The translations under genes were made by a program, and so were the position numbers. The notes below the pieces were generated by a model. It searched no databases. It had not been told where the DNA came from and saw only the letters and a program-made list of their open reading frames with translations. A stretch of 64,000 nucleotides of DNA, from NCBI GenBank assembly GCA_973851085.1, contig OZ316775.1:2480001-2544000 (forward strand), written 5' to 3'. The stretch is from Ptychomitrium polyphyllum (taxonomy: Eukaryota). Positions 40,259 through 53,414 of this stretch are shown piece after piece. Position 1 is the stretch's first letter, and the number at the start of each line of letters is the position of its first letter.

Positions 40259-40745
40259 AAACTGACACTGGTTTCGTTCACTTGTTTCCAGAACAATTTT
40301 CCAGTGTGCTACGGTGTCGAACCCGTATCTTCGTCCCCCACGCATCCCCAAATGAAACACAAACTAAAACTGGCAGATGTAGCAGATACTACTGCTGACC
40401 AGGACGACGAAGTTTATGTTCGCATCAGGATAGCAAATACAGTTATTTGTAAGCTTATCATGTTCCAGAAAGTGGGAGTGTCTCAAGATCCTTGCATTAA
40501 AATATGTTCCAATCATGTTCCAATTAAGTGGGTGAAACGTTCGTGTATGAAAATATGTACTTCAATCAACAGGTGATATTTTAGGTGAGAAAAGTTATGA
40601 GTATGCAAATTGCTCTAATGCATAAATCAAATGATGCAAGAAACGAACATCTATAGCCTTCACCCTATCTAAGAACCAGTGACCATACGTGTTTATTAGA
40701 AATACAAGTATGTGCAACCACATATGTTCAAGGATTCATCGACTA

Positions 40746-40818
40746 CGTGTTCATCTACCGCTTCTTCATCAACTGCATATTCATAAACCACGTGTTTGTC
40801 AAGCGTGTTCATCAACCA
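40746..40818. repeat. Degenerate 15-bp tandem repeat (CGTGTTCATCAACCR) x5
   Basis: Visible units. The minus strand reads as VDE(H/E)(A/V) pentapeptides with a frameshift. Confidence 0.6.
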
Positions 40819-41481
40819 TGTCCTGAGTTACATCCAAATGTCGTCACGAAGCATTCCACTCCAACGATTGAAGCCTTTCCAGCATTTAGTATGTGGATAT
40901 CTTGCATACTTTGTCCAGAACTGCTTCAGTCTCTCCCTACTCTACTTGAAGACATTGACGAGCATATTTTCTTTGCAAAAGAAGGAGCTCAATTCATTGT
41001 ATTTTGCACCAAACCACATTTTTATGAAAGAAAAACCCCCAGCACCTTGCAGTAAAATCTGTAGTGATAGAAGACAGTTCTAATGAGTCAGACAACCTCC
41101 AAAATTCAAAGCAAGGAGCCACTCTATTTGCCTCGTATGACATGCTACTCGGTACATCACAATCTGCTAAAACCTAGAATATTTGGATGTATTTAGTGGT
41201 AAACGGGAGATATAATCGGTAAGCACGTATGGCAATTTCACGGTAAATGTTTCGTCCACGTGTATACAACCTCTCGACACGAGTATCGTATATTTATATA
41301 AAAAGTGATTTTAAACACAAGGAATTAATAAAAATGGCCCACTGCAAGTGTCAACACTGGCATTTTGAAGCAGCTCAACTGATAACTTGTTGGACAAATA
41401 GATCTACTGCAAGCTCTACAAATTTCTCTCAACGCCAAAGGAAAATAGACTCAAATTCCATGCGTTGACAGTAAGAACCTT

Positions 41482-44400
41482 CTACAAAAATTCACGAGGA
41501 TCCGTGACAAAGCCTGTGAGTGCAGAGGCAGCAGCAGTGTAAGGTGAAGCAAGATATATTTGCCCCTCTTTGTGTCCCATTCGCCCAGGAAAGTTGCGGT
41601 TGGTGGTTGAAACACAGACCTACATCAACATACAAAGAGAGGATGCCAATAGTTGGTGATTTTTTCATAAACATACAGTACAAAATTTCCGGCCAAGCAG
41701 TAGAAAAACACAATAGAACGCTTCTGAACAAAATCGAACAAGAACAGTAACTCTAAAGCTTTACAAAGAAAGTACCTGAGGATCATTCATGCGAGCGTAG
41801 GTGTCGCGAGGACCACCAAGGCAAGCAGCGCATGAAGGAGAAGCAGGGGTATCACAACCTGCTTGCTCAAAGATCTCCGCGCAAGTCTTCCCATCAGTTC
41901 CAGGTACTGGCAGGGAATACAAGTCCATCCAGACCTTTTGTGTTGCAGGAACAAGAAATGTCGGCACTTTCACTTTTTGGCCCTGTCATAAAAACGGGGA
42001 TCAATACTTCCATAATTCTACTATATGAGTTCGTGAATATGGGGACTCGTTCAAGATCAGAAACCACATTTGAAGTGATTCAAGAACTCACAGATATTGC
42101 CAAAAGCTCTGCAGCAGCAACAAAATCTTCGGTCTTCCCACCGGTGCATGATCCAATGTAAACACGGTCAATCTTCACATCCTTGCATTCTCTAGCCAAA
42201 CCCCTGTTGTCTGGAGAATGTGGCTGTTATCATATCAATAGATTCAATAAGAAGAGGTTGAAGCTCATACAGTACTTGCTTCACAAAAATACATGTACGT
42301 GAGGATCAAGCAGGCCACTCGGTCAATAGAAATTTGTTGAAGATAACCACACCAGAACGATTTGTATAGTATACCGTAAAGAAAGATTTGAACACACCTT
42401 AGCAACAACAGGTTCCAGCTTAGAGACATCAAATCTGTACTCTTGTAAGAAGCTGCATATGAAAACCCGAATGTTCAGAAACAGAGGTTTGTCCAGAATT
42501 AGAAAGCTCCAACGTACATCATAAACACCATCTTAGTGTCTGTTAGATATATAGACCTAAATGAAAATCTATGTTAAAGGTACCCCAGGAAAATTTATAT
42601 CTTACATTTAGAAAGATAATGCAAAGAACAGCAGGAACTGAAGACAACGTAGATTATAAACCAGCAGATAGACACAAGTACGTAGGTTATAGTGTTTATA
42701 AACCTGGCGTTTCCATCACTAGTGAAAACTTGATACGGTTTAGAGGTCTTTCCCTCCAGATACTTGGCGGTAGTGGCATCAGCAGGAACAACACCATTCT
42801 TGCCACCAGCCTCTACGACCATGTTACAAAGAGTCATTCTATCCTCCATCTACATATCCCACACCGTCGGATCATAAGTACGATCTTCTACAACCAAAGA
42901 GCACAATACAAGCCTCTGAAGTTTATGTTATGAGAAGAGGATCTTGTACGTACTAAACGTAACAGTACAAGACTCAACAACCCTCTCAACATTCGATCAG
43001 CTCCTTCATAACGATGAAAAGTTATTAAAAAAGAAGAGTAATCCATCGATATAAATTCCACTCCAATTAAGAAAAACTGTTGTTCAATCAATTAAAATGA
43101 AGTGAGTGTTATACCACGACACCCTTAATCAAGTGTGGACCATACAAACCTCTTTTTTGCAATAGGTGAAACTTTTAATCGAAGAGCCGTAGGATCCATA
43201 ATTATCTCAACAAGTATCACAATGTTAATTCAATTTGAACTTAAGACGCTTCTTACCGTCATAGCATCAACGGCTGTACCAACAAACTCCATAGCTCTGT
43301 AAGTTGCTCCCGCCACTGAGATTTCACCAATAATCTGCAAACATAGGATCAATCTATATCAGTAATTCTATAATGATAACTATTATAGTACACCTAACCA
43401 CAACCTTGATTACACAAAACGAACCTGCCCAAGTCAGTAAACATAACCATACCTGCAGTATGAGATCCTTTGCTAACAAGTGTTTTGGCATTTCTCCATC
43501 CAGCACAAACCTCAAAGTCGGTGGGACCTGTGATAAACACCATCGAACAATATTATCACCGTTGATCACACCGAAGTTTTACAGCATGTATACCGTTCAT
43601 ACCCGTAGGTCACGGTTACAAGGGTGAGGAAACCTGAGGATAAGGACTTGCAAGGATCACGTATGCATTACATCACCGCAGAGACAAACGCTAACCCCGT
43701 TGCCAAGATATCCAACAAAATTCAGGCTTTTCTCACGCTGAATCATCCTAACATGTTCTTCATAATCGAACACGCTTCAAAAAATTAGTCTCACCTTAAG
43801 CAGAAGCTTCCCGGTGCCCATAATGAAGCCTGCATCGGTGTTACCAATACCAGTCGCAAACTGACCAAATGCTCCAGCATTGCAAGTATGAGAATCTGTG
43901 CCGAAAAGAACCTACACCCATTAAACACACGATCTTTACCAACTTGGCAAAGGTTCAAAATATTTGATGCAAAAATGATAGAAAAGCACTGTTGGATTAT
44001 ACAGGGATCACATGAAAAATCTGGAGGTATGTCGCACAATACAATCCTCATCCATGACAAATCTAGTCAACTGAGAAGCAACACCCTACACACTCTTATC
44101 CTCCACATAAAGTCCTGATTGTGTGATAAATACCTCTCCTGGGCGGCAATGACCCTCTTGAGCAAGAGCCACATGACAAACTCCCTTGTAATCTGGATTG
44201 GCCTACATGAGATCAAAAATAAATTACGTTGGACAAAGTGCTCTAAATGTATATCAATCATTTAGTCCAAATGTTGCAGATATTTCTGCTTCCATGCATG
44301 GTATTGTGAGAGATGAGCTTCAATATAAATAAGATCATTTCAAAACATGAAAACATATGTGTCGTCGTTATTGATGCTCAACAAAAATAATAAGTAGAAT

Positions 44401-46121
44401 ATTTATAAATTAAGACGTTCTTTAGGAAGTAAGCTGCAGAACAAACATGCATCAGTACTTACCCGGAAGTTACCCTTATCTGTAATATCGTAGAAATACT
44501 TGATATCTTGCTCTTGAGCAAAGTCACGAAGAATGTCCACATTTCTATTGGCTCGTTCATCTGTGGTGAAGATGTAATGATCGGGGATGAGCACAATCTT
44601 TTCACGATCCCATACCTGCACATTATACAGAATCATATCCACATCAATAATTGCTCTAATTCAAGCCTGCATGTGACATTAGTCTACATGATTTCGCTTC
44701 AACAGGCCTCATTTCAGCCTCCAATGAAAATCATTCAAGTAATGAGCTCACGACCGTCTCATCAGTGCCGTTTATCTTGTTACGCACCTTAGCATTTTGA
44801 CCAAACTCATTTTTGAAAATACCAATGGTTCCAGGGCCGCACACATCATGGGTCATGAGAACATCCGCTTTAACCCACACATTCTCTCCAGGGGTAAGCT
44901 TGGTTTTCTCAGACGCATTCGCCAGAATTTTCTCGGTAGCTGTCATAGCATGCTTCACCTGAGAAGAAATGAAAACATCAAAATAAATGAGTAACTGAGG
45001 CACTTTGAAAACTGGCAACTCACAACGTCCTCATGCTCCTCTGATTCTACACCTACGCTTGTAATACTCCTGGCAGGGAAAAATCTACAATCAACAATCT
45101 AACGCTTCTACCCAAGAATAGGCAAGCCGCTGATCATCCTAAACTCAACCAAACAGAACTCAATATTCTCTACACAAGACGTCATTGCAAAGTCATACTA
45201 CAACGCCTACCAAACAAAAAGTGACCCTAAACCTGGTTCGTCAATCATTTCCCTGACCGTAACCACTACAGGTAAATTCCAACTTGACACTTGAAATGCG
45301 ACTAGATTCAATGCTCATATATGCTGTCACTTTCGCACGTTTTCTAAGCTTACAAGAACTAAAGCATACGAAGTTTCAATTAAATATAAAAATTCGAACG
45401 ACAGTCCACACGATAATAGCAGGAAAATACGACCAACCTCTATTCCTCAGCAACAATAATCCAAAGCTGACAAAGAGTTAAAAACTTACAGCTCCAGTAG
45501 AAGCAGGGGACCGTTGCTGCGGGTGAGGAGGCGCCGCCACCGCTTGCACCGGCATATTTCGTTGCGAAGGCGCGACAGAGACCTTAGGAGCAGCCGCGAC
45601 GGAGACGCGGCTACCGTAGAACCCTGATCCCGACGTCAATGAGCTTCCATCTCTCTGCAACAACAGATGAAATGCCAGTAAGCTCCCATTCCACCATCCC
45701 CGTCCACACAAAAACATCCTCTCCACAACTGCTTCCAACAATCACCGAACTCGAACTCCACTTCAATTTACCACCGTCTCACTTTCAACATCATCACCGC
45801 CCGCTAATCTCATGTAAACTCGGAAAAATGCCTAAACATCCGTCCTCTCGATCACGCACAACATTCACACCCTCGCCAGCCGAGAAAGAATCACCACCTC
45901 ACTCCAAATTATAGACTCTCACAGTCTCGAAGACAGGCATGTCCCTGAAGACAATTCTGCACACTCGATTCTGGCACCTCGCTCCCAATCCGGCACAAAA
46001 ACATTGACCCTAAGGAAGTACCACCACATGACCTCCGGGACAATCCACAGAATTTTGAGAAGTAAGCAGCGCATCGTACCAGCGTCGGCGAGAAGGCAGG
46101 ATGAAGCGCCGCCGTCGCCAT
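41482..46121 (-). CDS. IIL1: 3-isopropylmalate dehydratase (isomerase) large subunit, plastid-targeted
   Basis: Transit-like start [14 protein letters not shown]. Motifs [99 protein letters not shown]. Confidence 0.95.
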
Positions 46122-46899
46122 GGCTGCCAATCCGACAGCACAAACGCAAGGCACCGGAATGGCTGCTCCACAATGGCAATCCGCTTGCAAACACGCAGCG
46201 GAAGCAGCAAACAACGACACAACAATGCGGAGCCTCGCCAGGCTTCCAGCGAACATATCCTCTCCAATTTCCCACATACCCGCGATGGTATCTAAGTGGT
46301 ATCGGACGGGCTTCGGCTTATAGCTGGGCGGGTATAGCCTCATTATCAATTGAATAGTCGAATCCAAAGTCGCGGGAGCTCCTTGTGAACCTTGATAACC
46401 TCGCAGGTACTGGGATGGTATCACAATGGTATAGTGCTAGTATAACCTAGCTATCATCCGGGTAGAGGATGTCATGGAGTCGAGCGGACTACTAGTGAAG
46501 TCGGTCAGGAAGGTGCACCCGCGGCACGGCGTGCCAAGGGGTTGTGAATCTAGAGACGTTGTAGATGGAAATATCTAAGTTGAGGTGGAGTTTTTGGCCC
46601 GGCCACATTCCCTGCTGAATGCCCAGTCACTGCATTCTTGTGGTTCCGTGGACTTGGAGCCGGATTTGGAGCCTCCGGATTGGCCACATCAATTATGACA
46701 TTCTGGTATTGACTTGGCCTGCAAGTTATGCGATATAATTGGGAGCCCAGAGCAAATTTTTGAAACAGTTATGAGACTCAGAACGGGAAAAAATGTCGAA
46801 ATTCACAGGATTGAAGGTTGCTTTTGAGTCAAGTTTAGTGGTCCAAGGACATTCATCTTTATTCTTAAGAAAGTAAGTTAGCATGGCCCCAAGGAGTGC

Positions 46900-48990
46900 C
46901 CTAATCGAGGTGTCTCTGTACTTTTACACATTTGTAATTCCTATGTCTCGGTGCAAGCAAGGTAAAAAGGGACCACAAAAGTGATGTTCTAATTCAGTTT
47001 CATAAGTTTGTTTGTTCATATGTAAGAAAGTGATACAAACATGTGTGGAAATGTGTGAAAACCTTTATTCTCTTTTCAAGAATATAAATCCAAAGGTAGA
47101 GGGGAAATATTTCCAAAAAGTGTATAAAATTTAGATTTTGAGTGAATTTTCTAGAATTACAAACCGAATTACTTATGTGATTTTGTTAACATATTTTCAT
47201 TGGAGATGGTTTATATATTAAGTTCTTTATAGACTTTTGCATTATTTAGAAAGATGAACCATTCAAATGAAATTCTTTAAGCCTATAGTATACAATTTTT
47301 TTTTAAGAATCTTCTATATTAAGATTAGATTTTGACTATTTATATTTCATTTTTGAAAAGACATGAATCCTATGTATAGATTATTTCTAATGTCCAAAGG
47401 CTATACTTGAATCTTAATATGCTATATCTTTTGTGTCCACCTTGTTGTATATGGATTAAACTAAGCAATGATTTATTTACAAGGTTGTTTGTAAATAAAA
47501 TTTAGTTAAAGATATAAATCAACTATAATTATGTCCTCTACTCATTTTAAATTCAACAACCACAAAATCTTCCTATAAAATCGCTTTATATTAAAAAAAT
47601 CAAAACACTATTGATATGCATAATTGATGGCAATAACTATGCAATGGCAACTATGTTTACAAAATCATAAAGATTATACTACCACATTTAATTAAAAAAT
47701 AACGAATTTAATGAAAATTGATACATTTGGCTAAAAAATCACTTTTAAAATATATATGTATAAATTTTGAATATGTTTCAAATGTAACAAAGATTAACAT
47801 TATAAAATTTATATATATTTAAACTTATGTTTTAACAAATTTGGAATAAAATATTACAATCTTATAAAATATCTTGTTATGTTATAATAAAGACATTATT
47901 GAATGAAAATCAAATATAATATTTTAAAAGTATTATTTATGTTTCCAAAGTATTTAAATGAATATTAAAAACTTGTATAGAATATTAATCATGTCAACAA
48001 TTTTGATAATGAATTTGACATATTAAAGACAAATGTAAACTTTCTATCTATTGATGATGAGAAAAATGCAAAAGATTATTGTTTAGCATATGTCATTGTG
48101 TAGATACAAATAAAATTAAGCATTATTTGTGATTTGTATTAATATTTATACAAAAGAATGCACTTTTTTTATAACAACATTTCTATTTTTTAAATTTATA
48201 AAAGAAGAAAGACAATGATTAAGTGTGCAATCTAATGACCATCTTTGGGCGCTTATTAAAATTAAAGAAGAAGCAATTGAAAATCCAAATTCTAAAAAAA
48301 TTTACATAGAATTTCCCCAAAGCATTACAATATAACTAAATTCTTTATTTTTCATTTTTTGAAAGTGATTCCAAATCAGTTTCAAATTAGTTCAAAAATT
48401 CTAACTTTGAATTTGAATAATGTGTCATTTTTAACATTCTAATCTACACTTCCTTTATACATTTTTTTTCAATATTTTTCATCACAATATTATTAATTTT
48501 TGAATTTTTTTATATGCATTTACATATTGTTAATGTATTAGGAATGTTCTACTTATAATGTACTTATACGTACTAATAATGTACAAAGCTGTTAAGGTGG
48601 CAATGAACACATTCAAGACATACTTTACATGCATACAATTGGTTTTATAAAACCTATAGATATTTAAGCAATATAGAATTTTGAAAATCAATGAAAAATC
48701 ACCCAATCATTTCATTTCACATGGATTAGTATCAAACATGAATCCAAAAGTTGATATTGAATTGGTACAACATGTGGATATATTTGAGCTAGATGAACCA
48801 ACTTAGAATGTTCCATTTTAATGGAGAATTTATCACACCACTTCCATACCAATGCAATACCATAGTACCTCTTTGTAATGGCATCACCATAACATTCTCC
48901 AGCAGGGAACCTTGGAATCACCAAACTAAACCCTTCCTGTTCCCCCCTCCACTTTACATACACCCAATGATAACTTGTTCCCAAAGAATG
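46900..48990. repeat. Very AT-rich, CpG-depleted block, probably a decayed transposon/repeat
   Basis: Abrupt composition shift between the divergent IIL1 and Dr1 promoters. No long ORFs and no termini identified. Confidence 0.4.
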
Positions 48991-50517
48991 AGAGTCTCCA
49001 CTGCTACAGAACGTTCTGAATCTCTATTCTAAAACAAATGAATAACTCCAATCCAGTATACACCCGGTTATATCTCTCCTCCTTAACAACGTGCATTGCC
49101 ACGAGATAACCGTACCGGGACGGGCTCGGGTCCCGGGCTAGTCCGATATACCCGCCCTGCACTACAGGACTGCGTTCCTTCAATCACACGCCCTGCACGA
49201 ACGAAAAGTTTCGTCGACGAAGGCTCCCCTCTAGATGCCGCGTCGTCGTCGTCCAGGAAAAGAAGTCAAGAGTAACGGCATGGAGCGACCGGGAACCGGC
49301 GGGAAACGGTCGCCGGTGCTGCGACGGCCACTGGGTTAGGGTTTGCAGGTTAGGGCTGCGCAGATTGTCGCAGATTTTCCACCAAAATTTCTTCCGCAAA
49401 TCCGCCATAGCCACATCCGTGTATCCAGGGGGGAGCTCCACACGCACCAGGCCTCTGCCATCGCCCAGAGCTCGCAGATTCCGATTCTGCCGTGCGAGCT
49501 TGAGGAAGGTTTCACGGAGCGAGCTTTCGGAAATATGAGTACGTCGCTTCTCTGACTCGCTTGCCGTCGCCAGTTTCGGGTTTGATGTATAGGCCGTGTT
49601 GTTTAATTTTGACGTGCTGACTCAAAATGTGCTTTGTTTGCTTGGTTTGTAGAAAGTGGTGGGAAAGTCGCAAGTGCTTGCTTTGGTTCTCGTCTTGTTT
49701 GTGTTTAGTATGTGGGCGTGATTTGCCTTGTATTGGTTTGTGGTTACTGGTGTCTTGTTGAGGAGACTGTGATTTTTGTTTGGGAGCTCTATCGATTTGA
49801 TGTGAAGATGTTCTTTCGGTTTGAGTGGAGGGTGTCTTTCTCATGTTTTCTGAGACGCCAGAGTTGTGCTTGTCTTTTTACTTTTCCAAGTATATACCCT
49901 TGGTCCGTGTGCACGTGGAAGTGTGCAGAATAAGAGTGGTTTAGTGTTTATTGGGTTTTATAGTGAAGGTTTTTGGCTGAGATGGCTGTCTTTTCTTGAA
50001 TTGAAGGTGCCGGTCTTGAGTTCGAATGCGGATATGTTGGATTGTTGTTGTTGTGTGCGGGTGCTATAGAATAGAATCTGGAACTGAGTCTTGTTTTCTA
50101 TGCTTGTTTGCATGTAATGATTCCTAAATTAATATCCTCTCTGGCTATGTTTTAGAAGCACATGAGCCAGTTCATATTCTCCGTGTGGGGGGAATGTGGG
50201 AGTATGAATTAGCACGTTTGTGCGTGTCTTGGGCCGTATTTGACAGAAACAACGCAACTTTCTATTTTGGCTTATGAGGCCGAGACGTAAATGACGTCTA
50301 GGAGTTCATGGACACTGCTTCGGAACCGGTCGATGTTTGGATTGTGTCGTTGAATGTAAATGGTGGATTGAAAGCTGCAGTTTCCTTTTTTTGAATTTGG
50401 TTCCTATATACGTGTCTGTTGCATTATACAGGAGGTCGAGGTTTTATCATTGACAAGTATCGGAACAAACTTCACTGAGAGGTGCGGTTATCGGTTACAT
50501 CTGTTTAGACGGTCGAA

Positions 50518-52407
50518 ATGGATACTGCTGGAAGTCGTCCAAAAGATGACGTTTCCCTGCCTAAAGGTAAGCAGGTTATTTCCTACTGTAAGTGTCTTCT
50601 TAATTTCCAGTTGGTTGCGTGATTAACATTTCTCTTAACATTTGTTAACATTTTTTTACCGTGTGTTTCGTTGCTGGCTGAATTGTTCTTATGCTCAATG
50701 GTTACCTGTTTCAGCTTTTCAGCTGGACGTTACATTTGTTGAATCTTGTTGGTGAATGACTTCAATGCTTCTTTGTCATTTTCAGATTTATGTTTACGTA
50801 GTTAATTGCTGTGCCAGAAGGTGACAAGTGGTTGCTTTTTTACATTCTAGAACTCACATGAAGATGATTGGTTTGGCGTGCAGCTACCATGACCAAAATC
50901 ATCAAGGAGATGTTGCCACCAGATGTTCGGGTTGCCAAAGATGCACAAGATTTGTTGGTGGAGTGTTGTGTTGGTGAGCCATTTAGCTGTGCCATTTGTA
51001 ATATGTTGGTTCTGCTTTTCTTTACAGAGGCTGACTTGGTTTCACTACAAATAGATCTTGCGAAGCCTATAAAAGTATTTTCTTTGTTGACCCTGCTGCG
51101 GTGAGGTGTGGATACAGAATTCATCAACTTGATTTCATCTGAATCAAATGAGATCTGCAGCAAGGAGGAGAAGCGGACGATTGCTCCTGAGCATGTTTTG
51201 AGAGCACTTGAGGTATGCTCTAGATTGTTTCATCTTTCTTGTCTTAGACTTTTCAATAAGATCATTACCGTAGAGGGCTTGTGCTGCGTGCATCCCCTGC
51301 TCGTCGTTCTGAAAGCACTCCACGTAGCCTGTTCAGATGTTGAACTATAGTGCACAGCAGTGATAACTCTTTGAATGTCTCAGCTGGAGTATTTAGCTCG
51401 TAAAATTTTATGAGCCAAAGGCACGAAGTACATCTTGTTAGATTCATAGTGAAATTTTACTCACCGGAGAGAAACTCGAAGGATTCTCCCTAATTCTCTG
51501 CCAGCGAGGATTACATCACGGATTTTATATAGTTGGAGGCTTTCTCCATTTGGGGTCTTCGCTCTTCCTTACTATCACATGGTGTGGTCTTTTCTGAATA
51601 ATGCCTCTCACTAAACAGTCTTCTTCTATGCTCTGTTCATAACCTCAAGTCTTCGATTGTCTTTTACAATACTTACTTTTGGCAATCAGCAAGTCTCTTG
51701 ATTATACCTTTGTTAGGTACAATTAAAGTTTGCTTGTGTGGGGTATTTTTTGATTGTTCTTGCAACTCTTTCTATTTCAAGATTTCGCTACTTCATTTGA
51801 CTGGCATTTTTATTAACACAAGCAGGCTGAAATCTGATGCAGATTCTGGGTTTCGGAGAGTACATAGGGGAAGTTCAAGCTGCCTACGAGCAACACAAGA
51901 ATGAAACTTTGGTATGTTTCATGTTGGTTCGGTGGAATTGTTGTCTAGGCCTTCAATCTCAAATTTTCTTAAACGAACGATTCCGGAAAGCTGGATAAGA
52001 GGCATTGCTTGATATTTTATAGAGAACCAGTGATTTGGAGTGACGTGCTTTAAATCAGAAACTGAGAGCGCAACATAAGACCCTTTCCAGTCTGCTTACT
52101 GCAGACAATGAAGCTGGAAGCTAGTGTATCTTAAGTGCCTCAGATTGTGTGTAACAACCTGCCTTCGGAATTAGTATGTGGCCCTATACTGGAATTAAGA
52201 ATTGTTGGCTTTGAATTTGTCTAAATTTTCCACTTATGTGCGCAGGAATCCCCGAAGGTAGGAGGACGATGGGCGAAGGAAGGAGGAGGGGGTATGACAG
52301 AAGAAGAGGCCATTGCTGCTCAGCAAAGGATGTTTGCTGAAGCTCGTGCCCGCATGAACAGCGGTGGAGCTCCAGCGCCTGCTACACAAGCCAATGACTC
52401 TGACTAG
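50518..52407 (+). CDS. DR1: Protein Dr1 / negative cofactor 2 beta (histone-fold)
   Basis: DDVSLPKATMTKIIKEMLPPDVRVAKDAQDLLVECCVEFINLISSESNEIC..KRTIAPEHVLRALEILGF..MTEEEAIAAQQRMFAEARARM. Five coding exons and a probable 5'UTR intron at about 49539-50431. Confidence 0.95.
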
Positions 52408-52574
52408 GAATCTCTTTATTTCTTTAGTAGAAACAGCCTCCTTGTACAATGTGATTCCCCTCATATCCCTTTTCTTTGGAATTTGCTGGGTTAGGTGTTT
52501 TGTGAGCAACGCCCAATTATGGGCGTGTAAAGACATGACGTATGTAAATTTTTATTGCAAAAGACAGAATTTTA

Positions 52575-52623
52575 TCACATCACATCACGTCACGTCACGT
52601 CACGTCACGTCACATCATGTCAC
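52575..52623. repeat. Pentanucleotide microsatellite (TCACG/TCACA)n, about 10 units
   Basis: tcacatcacatcacgtcacgtcacgtcacgtcacgtcacatcatgtcac, in the Dr1 3' region. Confidence 0.9.
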
Positions 52624-53414
52624 TGGCCTTACCGACTGACTTCTATCCAGGATCCTTTGTATTATTTAGTTTCAATTGTTCGTAGTACTATTATTTGCAT
52701 CGAAGTTTGTGATTGCGAGTACACCAATTGAGTGCGAGTGTAAATTCCTTTCACAATGATGATTTAGTATAAATGGTACTTTCTCAAACTAGACCCCAAT
52801 ATGAACATATCATTATAGATGTGTGTTGAGTTCTATCTTTAAGAAACAGTGATAACACATGGACATGTATGATGTGAATTCTGTGACTAGCAACCATATA
52901 CGGGAAGCTTTCATTTCTAATAAGGGTACTCCTCATTGCTCTTGTGTGTTCTGAATCACATAGATGGAGTTATCTTCTTCGACAGCGTGCATTTATGCTC
53001 TAGTATGTTATGAATGCTGGTGGAACTACCTGTCTAGCACTTGTGCAGAGTGTTCATTAAGAATGATAAGTACTATGCAGTATGCACACTATTTACCATT
53101 CCTTTTGAACAAGACATGGTGAATTACATCAAACCTTACTCTCCGTTATTTCACCATTTCAAATTATCTGCCAATTGCTTAGCAGAGGAGACCAATGTAA
53201 TTTCTAATGATGCAAAGACGGGCTTCGGCACTGCTGTAAAACGAAACTAACAGATAGCTGCATGATACAAATTTATTCTTTGCGTCAAATTAGTTCTTAA
53301 TTGTCCTGTCATTTCATATACAAAGGGCCGTATGTGGGTAGTATGCACTGTAAATATCATCTTTTGATGACAAGAAAAAATAATGAGTAGCTCCAGAATT
53401 CAGCAGGAGCTTAT

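Noticed and set aside
45909..46424. 171-aa minus-strand ORF and overlapping ORFs
   Set aside because: They run through the IIL1 leader, exon 1 and intron 1. Only [14 protein letters not shown] is supported by splice sites.
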